DNA of 64,000 nt, from the NCBI GenBank assembly GCA_026023565.1, contig JAPETS010000014.1, positions 1-64,000 of the forward strand, written 5' to 3'. The stretch is from Cirrosporium novae-zelandiae. Lineage: Eukaryota. A program made the translations under genes and the position numbers. The notes below the pieces were generated by a model that worked only from the letters and a program-made list of their open reading frames with translations, ran no database searches and had not been told where the DNA came from. How positions within the stretch are numbered: the stretch's first letter is position 1; the number at the start of each line of letters is the position of its first letter. This document shows positions 10,899 through 23,520 of the stretch, piece after piece.

Positions 10899-11891
10899 GA
10901 CGTAACTGGATATACGTACGTACGTACTCTGTACAATTGTCCTTCTTTGTTGTAGATCTCTTTTCGAACCTTAAAGTTATAAAGGTCCACCAACGTCTCC
11001 CCCACCCCCTTCGGCCCCTCCGGTCTCCCCTCCGGCCCCCCCGGGCCTTTCTCTTGAACTGCCGTACCACCACAAACCAAAGTATGGAGCCGAGGTCAGA
11101 GGTGGCTTGTTCATGTTTGATATGATTTTTCTGATATCCTTCTTTCTTCACCCTTGACAAATGAATCACGGAATGCTACGAATCATCTAAGCAGGGACAC
11201 AGGTTCAATAGAGCATGGCATATAGATAGACCTTGTTCAAATTCATAATATTCGTAAATCTGGTATTTGGCTGTAAAAATGCTATGACAGAAAAATGATG
11301 CTCCTCACCGCCATGGGCGTAACACCTGGCTTCCATCCATGTCAAAAAGAACTCCATATGTAAGGTACTTCAGAATACTGAATGCTTCAAAGCTAGCTCC
11401 CTCCACCACATTGTTCCAGCACAAGTAAACGAGTCCTGGTCCCCCTCTTCAAAAGCGTTATACGCATGATGCTAAATATCAAACTTGAAACTCCTCGAAA
11501 GCGACGAGACTGCAAATGTACATGTCTGTCTGTCTGTCGTCCCGTGTGGCTTTCTTCTCCATATCACGCTTCCAGTGCGAACAATAAGAGGGATTTATTT
11601 CCTTTGATTAAAAACAGATAGAGAGAATGGTATAGAAACGAAATAAAAAAAAATCGCAATTGGAGAGCGGAAATGCATCATGAGCTTTTGAAGTTTAATG
11701 ATGATGGATGAATAAGAAATAAAAAAAAATCCTAGAGCAAGCTTAAAAGATAATGGATCATTCCAAATACTCCTCTTTTGCTTCTGCCTGCTTGTTGAAG
11801 CCGTTTGCACAAACTTTTATCGTATTGAGTATCGTTCTAGTAGATGAGTAATGTGTCGAGAAGAGGGTCGCGGGATATCATGAAGATGGCG

Positions 11892-12845
11892 TTAAACTTG
11901 GACCCTTCTAGCTCTCGATGACCGGAACATTGAAAGATCAATCTCGACCGAAGTATCCGAGGCACCATCATCCACTTCCAACATAAGATTCGAACTGGTC
12001 GGCGGTAATGTTTGGTTCATGACTTGTTGTTTTTGAATGATCATTTCAACATGTGTTGTAGGTTCCTTCTCTTGTTTCTCCTCTTTTTCTCGTTTCAATT
12101 TCTCAACTTGTTCCTTGGCTATTTTTGACACCTCTTCAAATCTTCCCCTGCAAGCTGTAATCTCCATGGAGCAGTCACCGTCCCGTAGATATTGATGGGC
12201 TGCTACCTCACATAGACATTGTATTGCTTCCAAATTTTTATCCGAATTGTCAATGGCCGTCACAACCGGGTTCTCTGTCGTCTGCTTACGCCCACAGTCT
12301 TTACCACTAAGCCTTGAGCTTGTGAATTGAATTGTACTAAAGTCTGGTAGGTCTCCGTCCTGACCGAGATCATCGAATATATGGAAACGGGCCTTTGCAA
12401 CTTGATTTATGCTTGTTGCCATTCGTGCTTTTCGTAGGTTGTTTCGTGCGGTTCCGACGTTCCGTACAAGCATCTCAAAGTTTTCTTGTATTGACGAGTC
12501 ATAGTAGACGACAATCATGGAACGAGTGTGAAGATTCGTGGAGTCAAACCTCCCCGAGGTAATAGATCGTTTCTGCTGGTGGTATCTCAAGAGTTGTTTC
12601 GTTGTGACGTTGTTGAGGTAGGCGGGCTTAGGACCGCTGGCGAACTTTGGTGCTTGGGATTTGTCTTCATCTGCATGTATTGATTCCACCGAGTCCGCCT
12701 TGGTCTTCTTGACGACGGGGGATTCATTGGCGAATTCCTTTCGTTTCTCCTCCACCGTCTGAGCAACATCCTCAAGTTTAGAGATCCATTCGGGGAGATT
12801 ATCTGTTAGATATGTAAAACTCGTAAGTGGGTCCATCGAAGCCAT
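11892..12845 (-). CDS. Hypothetical ascomycete protein (317 aa)
   Basis: Intronless ATG-initiated ORF with protein-like composition. Blocks LTDNLPEWISKL, RSMIVVYYDSSIQENFEMLVRNVGTARNNLRKARM and LCEVAAHQYLRDGDC look conserved. No function recognised. Confidence 0.8.
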   Translation of the reverse strand: MASMDPLTSFTYLTDNLPEWISKLEDVAQTVEEKRKEFANESPVVKKTKADSVESIHADEDKSQAPKFASGPKPAYLNNVTTKQLLRYHQQKRSITSGRFDSTNLHTRSMIVVYYDSSIQENFEMLVRNVGTARNNLRKARMATSINQVAKARFHIFDDLGQDGDLPDFSTIQFTSSRLSGKDCGRKQTTENPVVTAIDNSDKNLEAIQCLCEVAAHQYLRDGDCSMEITACRGRFEEVSKIAKEQVEKLKREKEEKQEKEPTTHVEMIIQKQQVMNQTLPPTSSNLMLEVDDGASDTSVEIDLSMFRSSRARRVQV

Positions 12846-13374
12846 TGTGTGTAGAGGGAAAGTAGATGTCGAAAAAGCAACTTGGAGCAGTGTAGGCTCT
12901 AGAAATGGGTGGTAAGGAATTCGTCGCTCGTATCGGTCATGAAATCGTGTATATCCTCTGCATAGAATATTCTGAGGTCTATTATAGCCAAACAGACCAG
13001 TTTGTAAATGGGTAAAATGTATGTGTTGTTGAGAGTTTCTTCGGAAGTCGGAGTTTAGGATGCAGCAAATTGAGGGCAGAAGAACTGGGATGTGATAGAT
13101 ATGGTTGATTGTAAAGATGTGAGAATCTTGACAATTGGTATTTTTTTGGGGGAGGGATGTGAAGTAGAAGGATGTAATAAGATTGATTGTTAGAGAGAGA
13201 ACCTTTGAATAATACTGTGTAGTATGTACTATGTATGGTCTGAGTAGTACATTGAAGTAAGTAGTCTAGTGGGATTTGTCCGACTTTTTGCTAAGAGCAG
13301 GAGGTGGACAGTGCTAGAGTATCTTCGGGAATTCCCTCCCTGCTTGTTAGGGTCAAGGAGGGGGGGGGGTACTT

Positions 13375-13491
13375 TCAAGGCTTAAGGCTCAAGGCTCAAG
13401 GTTCAAGGCTCAAGGTTCAAGGCTCAAGGTCCAAGGTCCAAGGTCCAAGGTTCAAAGGTCCAAGGGTCAAGGGCCAAAGGGGCCAAAGGGT
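13375..13491. repeat. Degenerate heptamer tandem repeat (TCAAGGC/TCAAGGT/CCAAGGT)
   Basis: Read directly from the sequence; followed by a short (AGGTGATT)n run. Confidence 0.9.
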
Positions 13492-15849
13492 CCATTAGGT
13501 AGGTGATTAGGTGATTAGGTGATTAGATGATTAGGCCATAAACTCTCCACCGCAAATGCAAAGACCCATCATCTTCCATTCCCATCCCCATCCTCATCCC
13601 CCCCCATCACTCTCAGCATGGTCTATAGGTTGGTCTACAACATACATAACATAGTAGAATATCAATCCACCACTATCCGACGGCATCTCCGGAGTCATCG
13701 TGCATATGACTTTAAAACATTGCTCTATACCCATGAATCCTCACCTCCAAATTCTCACATGCATTGAGGAATTGTACGATGATACAATGGTACAATGATA
13801 CTATGATACTATGATATTATAGACGAATAGCCGCATTATCGGGCGCAAAACAGAGGTTCTGTTGGTGGTTAATAAACCAGGAAAGATAATAAAACGAATA
13901 CGTAGGTTTTACTTTGGCGATTAATGCCGGCAGGGTTATATCATTCACCCTCACATGCTGTAACTCGTGACCCATGATTCCTCCGTGCTTACTGTGAGAG
14001 AATCCACAATTTTGGAAAAAAATGTATTTAGTATCAAATGTCAATCAACATTCTGTCAAGGAAATCAGGACCAATTTCCCTATGTGGCAAGACATTCGAA
14101 ACTTTTCGAAGTAAAACTCTTAAATCTTATTAAACGCCCTGTGAGGACAGACAGGACATCCGCGAACAACAGTGGATGATGGTGGACAACTGTTGTTGAA
14201 AAAGCCGGGGAAGGTTTTCAACGGCTTTTTAGTCTTTCCACGAAGATAATTACATCCAAGGAATATCTGTCAAACACGGCCAGTCAGTCAGGCTTCCACG
14301 CGAAATAGATTATATTATTGCCTATGTCCTCGCTGAGAGAGAGAGAGAGAGAGATGGGAGGGGTCTGTGACACCATATTCCATTCTTGGTCAAACGAGGA
14401 ACCACGTATGGACGGTTAGCGAGATAGAAAAAGAAGGGTGGCATTACTTGAATCATCTAATAGATGCGGCATCGGGAATGGCTGCTGCAAATCATCGATG
14501 GCTTGATCCTCAAGTACACAGTCCACAGTCTTTAGCAAAGACATGGACCAGTGACAGGCGGCTTCACAAGCTAGACGGTCAATCAATAGACACCCGAAGC
14601 GTTTCTAACAGATACGGCTGTTTCCATTCGCCCGGGGGAGAAGACCAGTCAGATCCGAAGGGTCTTGGAGATGAGTCTAGATTATAGCACGGAGGAATAA
14701 AAAACCCATTCTGAGGAGTTCCAACCATAAAATGTTTAAAAAATCGAGATGAGTGTATTATTCCTAGAATTCCAAAATACGTAGTATATTCAGTCAGGTG
14801 GATTGAAACTGAATAGAGGTGAGGCTGTTTTTTTGTTTTAGGCTTACATTCTTTTGCCTCGCATATTTCGTATTTTTGCAAAGTTCTCAGTCGAACGAAG
14901 ATGTAAAATACTGTTACCTGCCTAATTCAGACTTAGGTCCTGATGATCCCGGCCCTTTGGACCTCGGCGTTTTAATCCAATACTTCGGCCTTTCATGATG
15001 ACTTGTACACTGGAAACTTGTACCTTCCAGCCTTTCAACAAACAACCCAACAACCTAACAACCTAACAACCTCCTCTATTCATCTTGCAAAATATTCTGT
15101 CTGCCATCTGCCATCTGCCATCTGCCACCACCCCTTGCAAAATCGCCATCATCCATGGACCATGGACCATGACCCATGAAATTCTGGGGCATTGCAGGCT
15201 GCAACTTTCTTGGCATGTCGCAATTTATTCAATGCACCTTTAACGAACAACCATGTTGCGAATCATTGCGATCTAAACTAGGACACCGGTTTTCTCTCTG
15301 TCGGACAATTAAATATCACAAGCAATTGCTACATTTCCAAGACCTCTAAAGTTATTATATTTATTGACCTAAAATGGAATATATCTATCCCTATGAACCA
15401 CCGGTTGCTAGCGGGCTATTCTTATCCAACAGTAATTATAACAAAACTTTTGTTAGGAGCTTTGGTATAGTGTTTCTGCTATCTATCTGATTCTATAACG
15501 CATACCACAATTTTTGACGTGATCGGGAACCTTGATTTTCTGTTAAGAAAGGTTATAGAAGTGACCGAGGTACGTTGTTGAACTATTGTGGAGCACAATC
15601 GGCCATGTCTAATAAGGACATTGCTTCCTGCATTCTCTCTCAGCTATTTGCATTGTTATTAAATATCCACTCCATTTTTAGTTAAACCGAGTCAATATTT
15701 AATCGTATTTGAACAGTTCGACAAACTCCTTATCGCACATCTCTAGTACGAAGGTGGGCGGTCAATCATGGAATTTATCCTCGTGGCCGCTTAGAGAGAG
15801 TTTTTTCCTACTTTGTTGCATGATCCGCAAAGAAGAGTCTCCATTGTTA

Positions 15850-16530
15850 CATGTTTCCTAGGACTAGACAATATCTACATGATATCCTTGATCAATTGCT
15901 CAAACAAAATGCTGATGGCTCAGGCCAGATTACTCTCGGATGAGGCGACATTCGAAAATGTCCAGCCAGCACCCCAACATGAGTCCAGATTAGCCACAGC
16001 ATCATTCCTTTGATGGAACCAAGTGTATATGATTAAGATAGGAATTTGAACCCCAAATTTAATAAAACAAGGAAAAAGAAGACTATCTCGTGTTGAAGGA
16101 GGCAACTCTTCGGGTTGCAAATCGAGAGCATCAACAAAATTGGCCAATCCGGGGGATGAATGCTGGTGAGTGATGATTGCATCTATCTCTAGAAACTAAG
16201 TTTCATTCTAGTTGTGAGGTGTGTACTTAATTAACAATGTAGCGTTTACCTAATTCATGGTAGGTTGGAGTGCTTAGGAAACAGCCACGCCCTTGGTAAT
16301 ATTGCCTGATAGCTGCTGATAGGAAACAAACTGAGGTGCGCATATGCTTTTATGCTTCCTCGCAGCAAACCCATTGTGATGAAGAAACAGTGAGGCGGGA
16401 TAGCATCGTCTATCTTTGTGGAAGACATCTCCCACTCGAAGCCTTTCAGCCGATTTGACTGCAGAAGAAGTGCCGTCGAACTCTCTACACAAGTGGAAAT
16501 TAGGAAGTTTAATGGGTGCTATCTTGTTAG
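15850..16530 (-). mobile_element. Degenerate LTR-retrotransposon gag-like relic
   Basis: Minus-strand reading LPNFHLCREFDGTSSAVK, then after a frameshift (W)LKGFEWEMSSTKIDDAIPPHCFFITMGLL. This resembles the FDG..A..WL..FE..M N-terminus of fungal Ty3/gypsy Gag. Downstream it is full of stops. Confidence 0.45.
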
Positions 16531-19500
16531 CTGAAGATGTGGGAGGATTTGAATGAATAGAATTCGAGTCAATGTAGTCAGTTCTGATAGAGTTTTGACC
16601 AGAAAAGTGAGGTTCATCAATAAAGGCATGATCTCTCAAGAAATGACGTGTTCTCAAGTTGATTAGAACCCTGAACTGGTTTAAGGTGAGGTTGTACTTT
16701 CTTGTGCCCTTTATTTTTGAAGAAGGGGGATTTTAGGAATGTTTATGTTTTGGAAGCCAGCCATGTACAGAAAAAAGAAGCGGAAGTGAGGAGAATGAAA
16801 CAAACTTGAAACAATATTAACTCACAGATTGGATCGAGTTTTGGTGGAGGTTTGGCCTCCACATTTAATTAGATGCTTTGGTTCACTACCGTTGAAAGTT
16901 GCACTTGCTTTTTTTTTTCGCAGCTGCAGATTAGTTCTTCTATATACTTTCTTTCACTCGCCCCAGTATATGGCATTTCAAATAAACGTTAAGAGTTTTT
17001 AGGGCCTCCTCCTACCTACCTTTCAACGCTGCTTCGAAAAACTGAAGCGTTTTCAAATCAGAGCCAAAACCAGTCACGAAGTGTTGTGAGTCGTTCCTTG
17101 AAAGTTGCCTACAATCAATCCTATTCCATGTTCCTGAATCCTTGAGAGCTCTCTACGGTATGCTGGTTAAGGTCTCTCCCTTGCTCTACTTTCATGACGT
17201 ATTGACATTGTATTGCTTTATCCGAGTAACAGCTATACATGAGCGACGAGGATGAAGCATTCAAAATCCCATGTAGGCGGCGTCGTTGGCTCGCCCTAAG
17301 ATGCGTCGTCGTGCAGGATCTTTCGCAGACGTAAGCGGGCCCAAGCACGTTGCATGTCAATCTAGACAATGATCATTGTTGAGTGAGCTTCCCTTGTATC
17401 CTTGAAGTATACGGTATACTCGCCCTTGTTGAAAGTCACCCTTTGGGCACCCCTTGGAATGAAGACCCGCCATATCATAGCTTTCCTTCACTCAGACCGA
17501 CCCCGCTGCTTGCAAACATTATCGTCGTATCTCGTTTTACTTACTATCAGGACTCCATTGCATTCCACATACTTCCTCCTCCTTAAGGTCTCTGTTTCTC
17601 GGTTCGTTTTTTTTATTTCTATACTATACGTTAAAGTTAAAAGGTATAGTAGTTCGGTCCAAATATTCAAGATTATATATAGATATTTGCCTTGAAACGA
17701 ACGAACGAATGAGGGAGGGAGAACAAAACCCAAACCCAACCTGGCCACGCACGCACGCACGCACGCACTCTCATCTGAGTAATTATAAACAAATGTCAAA
17801 TGTTAAACGTTCCAAAATTTGGGATTATATATGTACTGGAAGAAGAATGGTTTGAGAGCAGGTGTCTGTGATCGAGTCACCCTTCTCGTTATAAGATACA
17901 TGTCTATATTAATATGCATACGAATTTGAATATTGAAGCAAGGAAGGGACTGGAACTAAATAGGGACGGTCTGACCTGGACTGACTGACCGACTAGACTG
18001 AATCCCTTGGGTCTGGTAGGTCTGGCCCATTCCCTTTCCTTTCTCTGTATTGAAGAGGGACTGTTATGTTGTTGGTTGTGCAAATGATCAAGCTTCACGT
18101 CCTATATGTCCTGGTAGAAACTGCAACAACTTATTCCATCACCCCCCCCCCCACCCCTCTATCCTCCCCGGTTTTGTTTGTTATATACCTTACTTATTAT
18201 GTGTGGTAATTATTTAGCTTTTAATCGACGTTGGATTTGTTAATAAATAAAAAATCCCCTCACGAAAAGTTCTCTTGCGGCCTTGAAGGGGACGGGGGGG
18301 GAGAGGCTAGTTGCTTGTGAGGTTCTTTTCACTAGTAGTGGATCGGTATTGATATCCATAGGGTATGTATGGTATGTACTGTATGGTACGTAGGGGGACC
18401 GATTGTCCTAAGCTTCTTAACACGAGGAGTTTAACTTTTTGGTTTCGCTTTCTGCTCGTGTTGTGTGTCGTGTGTCGTGTGTCGTGTTGTGTATTCAAAC
18501 ATGTTATGGTTGGAAGTTGATTTTGGGGATGCGAAGGGGGGGGGTCCCAGTTTGAATTCTTTGTATCGCTTTGGGTGGGATGGGTCTTGGTTTAGATTAT
18601 TTTCTTGTATGGAATGTTTTATTGAGATGTCCCCTTTTCAAGTGTGGCTGTTGTTGCAAGGTGTCCAGTATTCACGTCCCCCCCCCCTCCCCCATCCCTA
18701 GACGCTAGAAATCCTAGACGTCGAACCGGCTTTTGATCTCATGCTTAATAGTCTCCGCAATTTCGTTGGGAGGGGGGGGGGGGGAAGGTATGATTTACTC
18801 ACTCACTACTGCAAAGTTTAGGACCACAATCCTGAACCACCTTTGATATCCTTTGCAAGAATTGAAGACGGAGTGCATTTGGCCTATTTGGGCAGTTGTA
18901 ACATTTCCGTCGTTTTTTACGCATAGAAGATTCTTTGCCCTCCCCCCTCTTTGAGATTGACTTCTAGGATATATATATATACCGTCCGGGTTCAATGACA
19001 CTGGGCTACAAGATCCAAATCGGAAGTAGATGCATTTGGCTACTACTGCGGTGTTGTTTGAAAGCCTGGTTTGATATATCCATAAAATAAGGTTGGTTAT
19101 CTCTACCAGGGAAAATTGAATCTTGGCCGAGAGATCATCAGTTGGGGTGATGAATTGAATCCAGCTCTCTTGCTCATCTCGGGGGTCCTGCTATTGAAGA
19201 TACTATTTTTTTGTGAGCCTAGCTCTTCGTGGGTTATATATTGGCATGTTTCGTTTTGTTTCATGGTATTATATTTTATTCGTGTTCTTGTTATAGTTTG
19301 AATTGGATTCGTGTCTTGAAAAGCCGGCCTTCTTGTCTCCCCACAGTGTAGGTACAATCAAGTATGTTTTATTGGATGTTTGTCTTCTCCTACTAGAGGG
19401 TGGCATTTTTCATCTGCTTTTTTCTATTGCCCCAAATCACTGCCTGGAATGGAACTAGCCAAGGAAAAGTTAGGCTTTGATGATGGGGGTTCGATGGTTA

Positions 19501-20379
19501 ATTGACTACTTAATTGTCTTCCTTGTTAGCATACCATTAGGTGAAGGGAAGATATCGTCAAAAGCTTACAAGATTTTAATTTCAGCGAAATGACTAGTAT
19601 CAGCAGCTCTAGCTTTCACACGATCATAGCTCGGGTATTGTGAAACTCATCGGCCTCAAAGACCTTGTCCGGCCTAGCTAAGGAATATATTAATCCGGCT
19701 AGCGGTTATTGTAAATAGGAGTGGATATGTGATATAAGGTAATTCTATACTCTCACAATAGATATTCAAGACAGGCTAATGAGGTAGTCGAACATTGTTT
19801 AAGAGGCACCCGACTAGAAGCAAAAGACTACCAGATTCCTTGAGCTATCAGTATTTATCATCTGGATAGTAACAAGGTAAGGAAGGATTTAATTTGTTTG
19901 CGATCTCGAGATTGATAGCTTGTGGAAAAGAGCCTATAAGCAAGTACTTAACTATGTGGATGAATATTTTAACAGACAAGCAGCAACAATCTAAGCAGAC
20001 TTTGTGGTCGATGAACTACTTCTTGCAACGTAGAGAGTTGTTCGCCCCGTCGAAAGATCAACTAATGTCTACACGAACTAGAACGGGGAATACCCGAAAG
20101 ACGCAAAGGAGGAGCTATTGTAGGTATATCTCCTTTGTTCAACTCTGCTTTTTCTGCTCTTCTTTTCTTGGAATGGAACGTGGATAGGTCTGAGTATTCA
20201 TCCCGAGGAGGGAGAGCAGCGTGAAATCTGGGTGCCCTATAACAGTTAGTTCTTATATTGGGAAAGCATTAAAGCATCACTTACTTCATAGGATTCGGTA
20301 TGCGACTAACACCTGTGCGAAGAAACTGTCGTCAAGGCAAAAAGGATCAAAAAATTAACCGAAGATGAGGAGGTAGTGT

Positions 20380-20700
20380 GATATCTGAAGGTATATCCCA
20401 TGGACGGATTAAGGCTTTCGCTGTTGTAGGTTACAAGCACCAAGCATACATAGCTTAACTTGTGCCACAATCTAGGAAAGGCAACCCGATAATTCGACTC
20501 GATCCATTTTTCTCGTCGAGAGTCACAGGTAACCAGCAAGAGAAGTCCAGACAGACCTGAAATCGCCGCCAGATAAAACCACAGCAGCAGATGCTTGGGG
20601 ATATGGATGCATGCTAATGGAGACTGCATATAGGTAAGTTGTAAGGTAAGACCGAACATATACATAACTAACTTAAGATTTTCCGTAGGTCCTTTTAAGA
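20380..20700 (+). pseudogene. Possible decayed protein kinase gene fragment
   Basis: ADAWGYGCMLME (subdomain IX-like) at about 20587-20622, followed by an intron-like GTAAGT..ACTAAC..TAG. GISHGRIK and RPE lie upstream in other frames. Confidence 0.3.
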
Positions 20701-21329
20701 TAAAGACATGATCCTATACAGACAAGATGAGAGATGCAATGCTAAAGCAAAGAGAACGGCTGAGTTTTTCTTATCTGACTATGAGAATGTTGAGTATCAA
20801 AAGGTGACTGGGTTACTGAGCAACCTAGTATTACGTATTATATAGAGCATAGTACAGTGCATAACTCGACAAAGAATACTTAGGAGTAAAACTAGGGGAA
20901 CTATTTCCATGGTTGGTACGATGTCAAATGTCTGACTAGGATGAGGAAGGAATATATATACCAAGCTAAGAAAAGAGAGGAACAGTAAGCTAGACCAGGG
21001 ACAAAGTAGAAAAAGAAAAAAATGGCATAGAGAAATATATCAAGAGGAAACCCTTTAGGAAGGGAAAAGTGATAACCTAAATAATGAGGTCCCAGAGGAA
21101 TTTTCCTACCATCAGGCTTCATCATTCACTACTCCATCGTCATCACTTTCATTCACCTAAATGACAGTCCAGCAACATGACCTAGATTTTTTTTCTGGTT
21201 TGTGAAGTATATGTTTAGTAGTTAGGGGTAATTAGATAGGGGACATGATTTCCTGTTTGGATAGTGGGGGTGGGCTGGGGGAGAGCTTGTGGTTGGTCGG
21301 GGCGGGTGATCCATACACCGGGCGGAATT

Positions 21330-21445
21330 TTCTCCATAGATGAGGGGACGAAAGCGACCAAACCTTGTAGGTATACAGAGATTTCCAAGTTTAACTACAG
21401 CTTCAAAGACTTGAAAATTGGTCCTCTCGTTGTTATATTGTACAC
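21330..21445. mobile_element. Highly decayed MITE family copy
   Basis: ACGAAAGCGACCAAACC...CTTCAAA...TGGTCCTCTCGT shares the family core words. Confidence 0.35.
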
Positions 21446-23059
21446 AACAAAAGCACAGAAGCTATGATAAATCCTAACTGAATCCTCTTTCCTCCTCCCT
21501 CCAATAGCGAAACGCTGACACGCACACTCCGAACCCAACGACCAGCTTTTATTTAACTTGTATGGGTACCTCTTATTAGCCAGGACAGTGGAAATTCCAA
21601 CAATGTCACCATCGTCTTGCTAGTGGAACGCATAGCTAAATGGTAACCCTCTTTTCAACTTGAGGGATTATCAGCATAATAATTTGCAATCATCCTCGTC
21701 TACTAGCTTAGAAAGTCTAAATACAGTTAAGATGTGCAGGAAATGACCTGGTTCCACCGGTGTGGATAAATGAGTCGTGGAATAGAAGGATGATAAAAAC
21801 TCTGACCGACAAGGGGTATTGATGCTTTTCTATAAAGTACTGGTAGATCCTCCTATTCGGTGCTTTCTCGAGATTGTGCCAACTCCGGAATAAGAGACGT
21901 AGGTACAATTACAATCAGCGGGATCATCCATCCCACCTATTTTCAAATCTTCATAGATTTTTTTCCTCTCTTCACTCTTCATACATTATTCACCCTTCAT
22001 GCAATTCTAAATTTTCGATATTCACCCCTTTCCAATAGTTCTAGACCTGTTATGCAAAAGAGTATTCACTTCCTACTGAACCAGCATTCCCCTTCCACGG
22101 TGCATTTAAGCAAGTCAATTTTCTTTCTTTTGGACTTCTCTCTGTATCTTCTTTCGCTTTCCCTCTTCATGGTAATCAGAATATAAATCCGCCACACTTT
22201 TCATAGTTATACCTTATTTAGTTCATGAATAATCGTAGCTGAACGATATTCATTTTATAAGCATTGTCATCGACGTCCTCGTTTTCGGGGTTATATAGAT
22301 AGGAACGAATCGTGTTATTTAGTGTTTGAGTGTGAGACACCGATCGGCTGCCTCTTATGTGCCCTTCGCTGTTACGGTTTGTTGTTATAGGCGTATTACG
22401 GTTATTTCTTTAACCGACTTGCGCCTAAAAAGCGCTTATTGTATTATTTAACTATACCTTTTTATAGTATTAATCATCATCTTGTTTTTACCCCACAATT
22501 GCCCCCCTAGGCGTACCATTCGCTATATTCAAGGGTGTAGTTTATTTCCTCGTTTTCCACTATGTTGTTATTTCATTAATACCTTATGGAGAAATAGAAG
22601 AACCACTTCTATTATTCAAAATGTTTTACTCACTATTAACTGTGAATCAGAGCCGTTGATTAAAAATAGAGATCGAAATATAACTTGTGTCTCGAGCAGC
22701 GACTCGATCAAGTGATACCAATCGGAAAGGCTTCAAAATATAAACATGTCTTTCTCCGATGTTGATGACGAAGACATTGATATTTCGTTTAAGGAACATA
22801 CCCCCTCTCGGAATGGAAGCTCGTGGCAGTAACTATTCAAAATGTATCTGAATACTCCGACGGACAGGTGGTCGTGCTTCTTTTCTTAGATGAGCGAAGG
22901 GCTACCGCAACCCAGTGCAATTATCAGACTACGATATATAAACCAAAATAATCACATCTAAGGATATATATTATAATCCCCTAACACCCTTTTGTTCTGA
23001 TAACTCCTAATAAAACCCCTTGAAATATTGAAAATTGCTCCTGTTTAAAATGAATATCA

Positions 23060-23520
23060 TGACACACAAACTACAGCAACAGTACGTCGGGCCTTTTCGA
23101 ATTATTGAGAGGGTAGGCAGGCTGGCTTATCGCCTCGACATCCAAACTACATGGCAAATACATAATATCTTCACAATAGCTCAACTAGAACCAGTTCCTC
23201 CGTCTTCGGCAGACTCATTTGAAAGAGTTAGACCTACACATCTCCTACCGGTTGAGCATGAGGGCAATGATGATGATGAGAGCAATGAAGATCTTATCCA
23301 TGGGGACTCGTAACAAAACTTCATTGATAACGACAAATTTGATATAGCTGACGTAAAGGGAGTGGTATAAGAAATTACGAATATGTGGCTAGAGATTGAA
23401 GATGTCGCTATAGACAGAATCTTAGCACTTAAGAAAGGGTTAATCGAAGCAAACATATTTCTGGAGTGTCGTTTGTTAAAGGGCTTCTCGCAGAAGGAAT
23501 GTTTCAACTCGTGACAACAC
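23060..23520 (+). mobile_element. Ty3/gypsy integrase C-terminal (SH3-like, possible chromodomain) relic
   Basis: HKLQQQYVGPFRIIERVGRLAYRLDIQTTWQIHNIFTIAQLEP is the GPF/Y module of gypsy integrases. It is followed by a decayed EIEDVAIDRIL segment. Confidence 0.85.

Noticed and set aside
13304..13498. 64-aa ORF with repeated QGSR/KVQG, or a CRISPR-like array
   Set aside because: It is a heptamer tandem repeat with no unique spacers, in a eukaryotic context.
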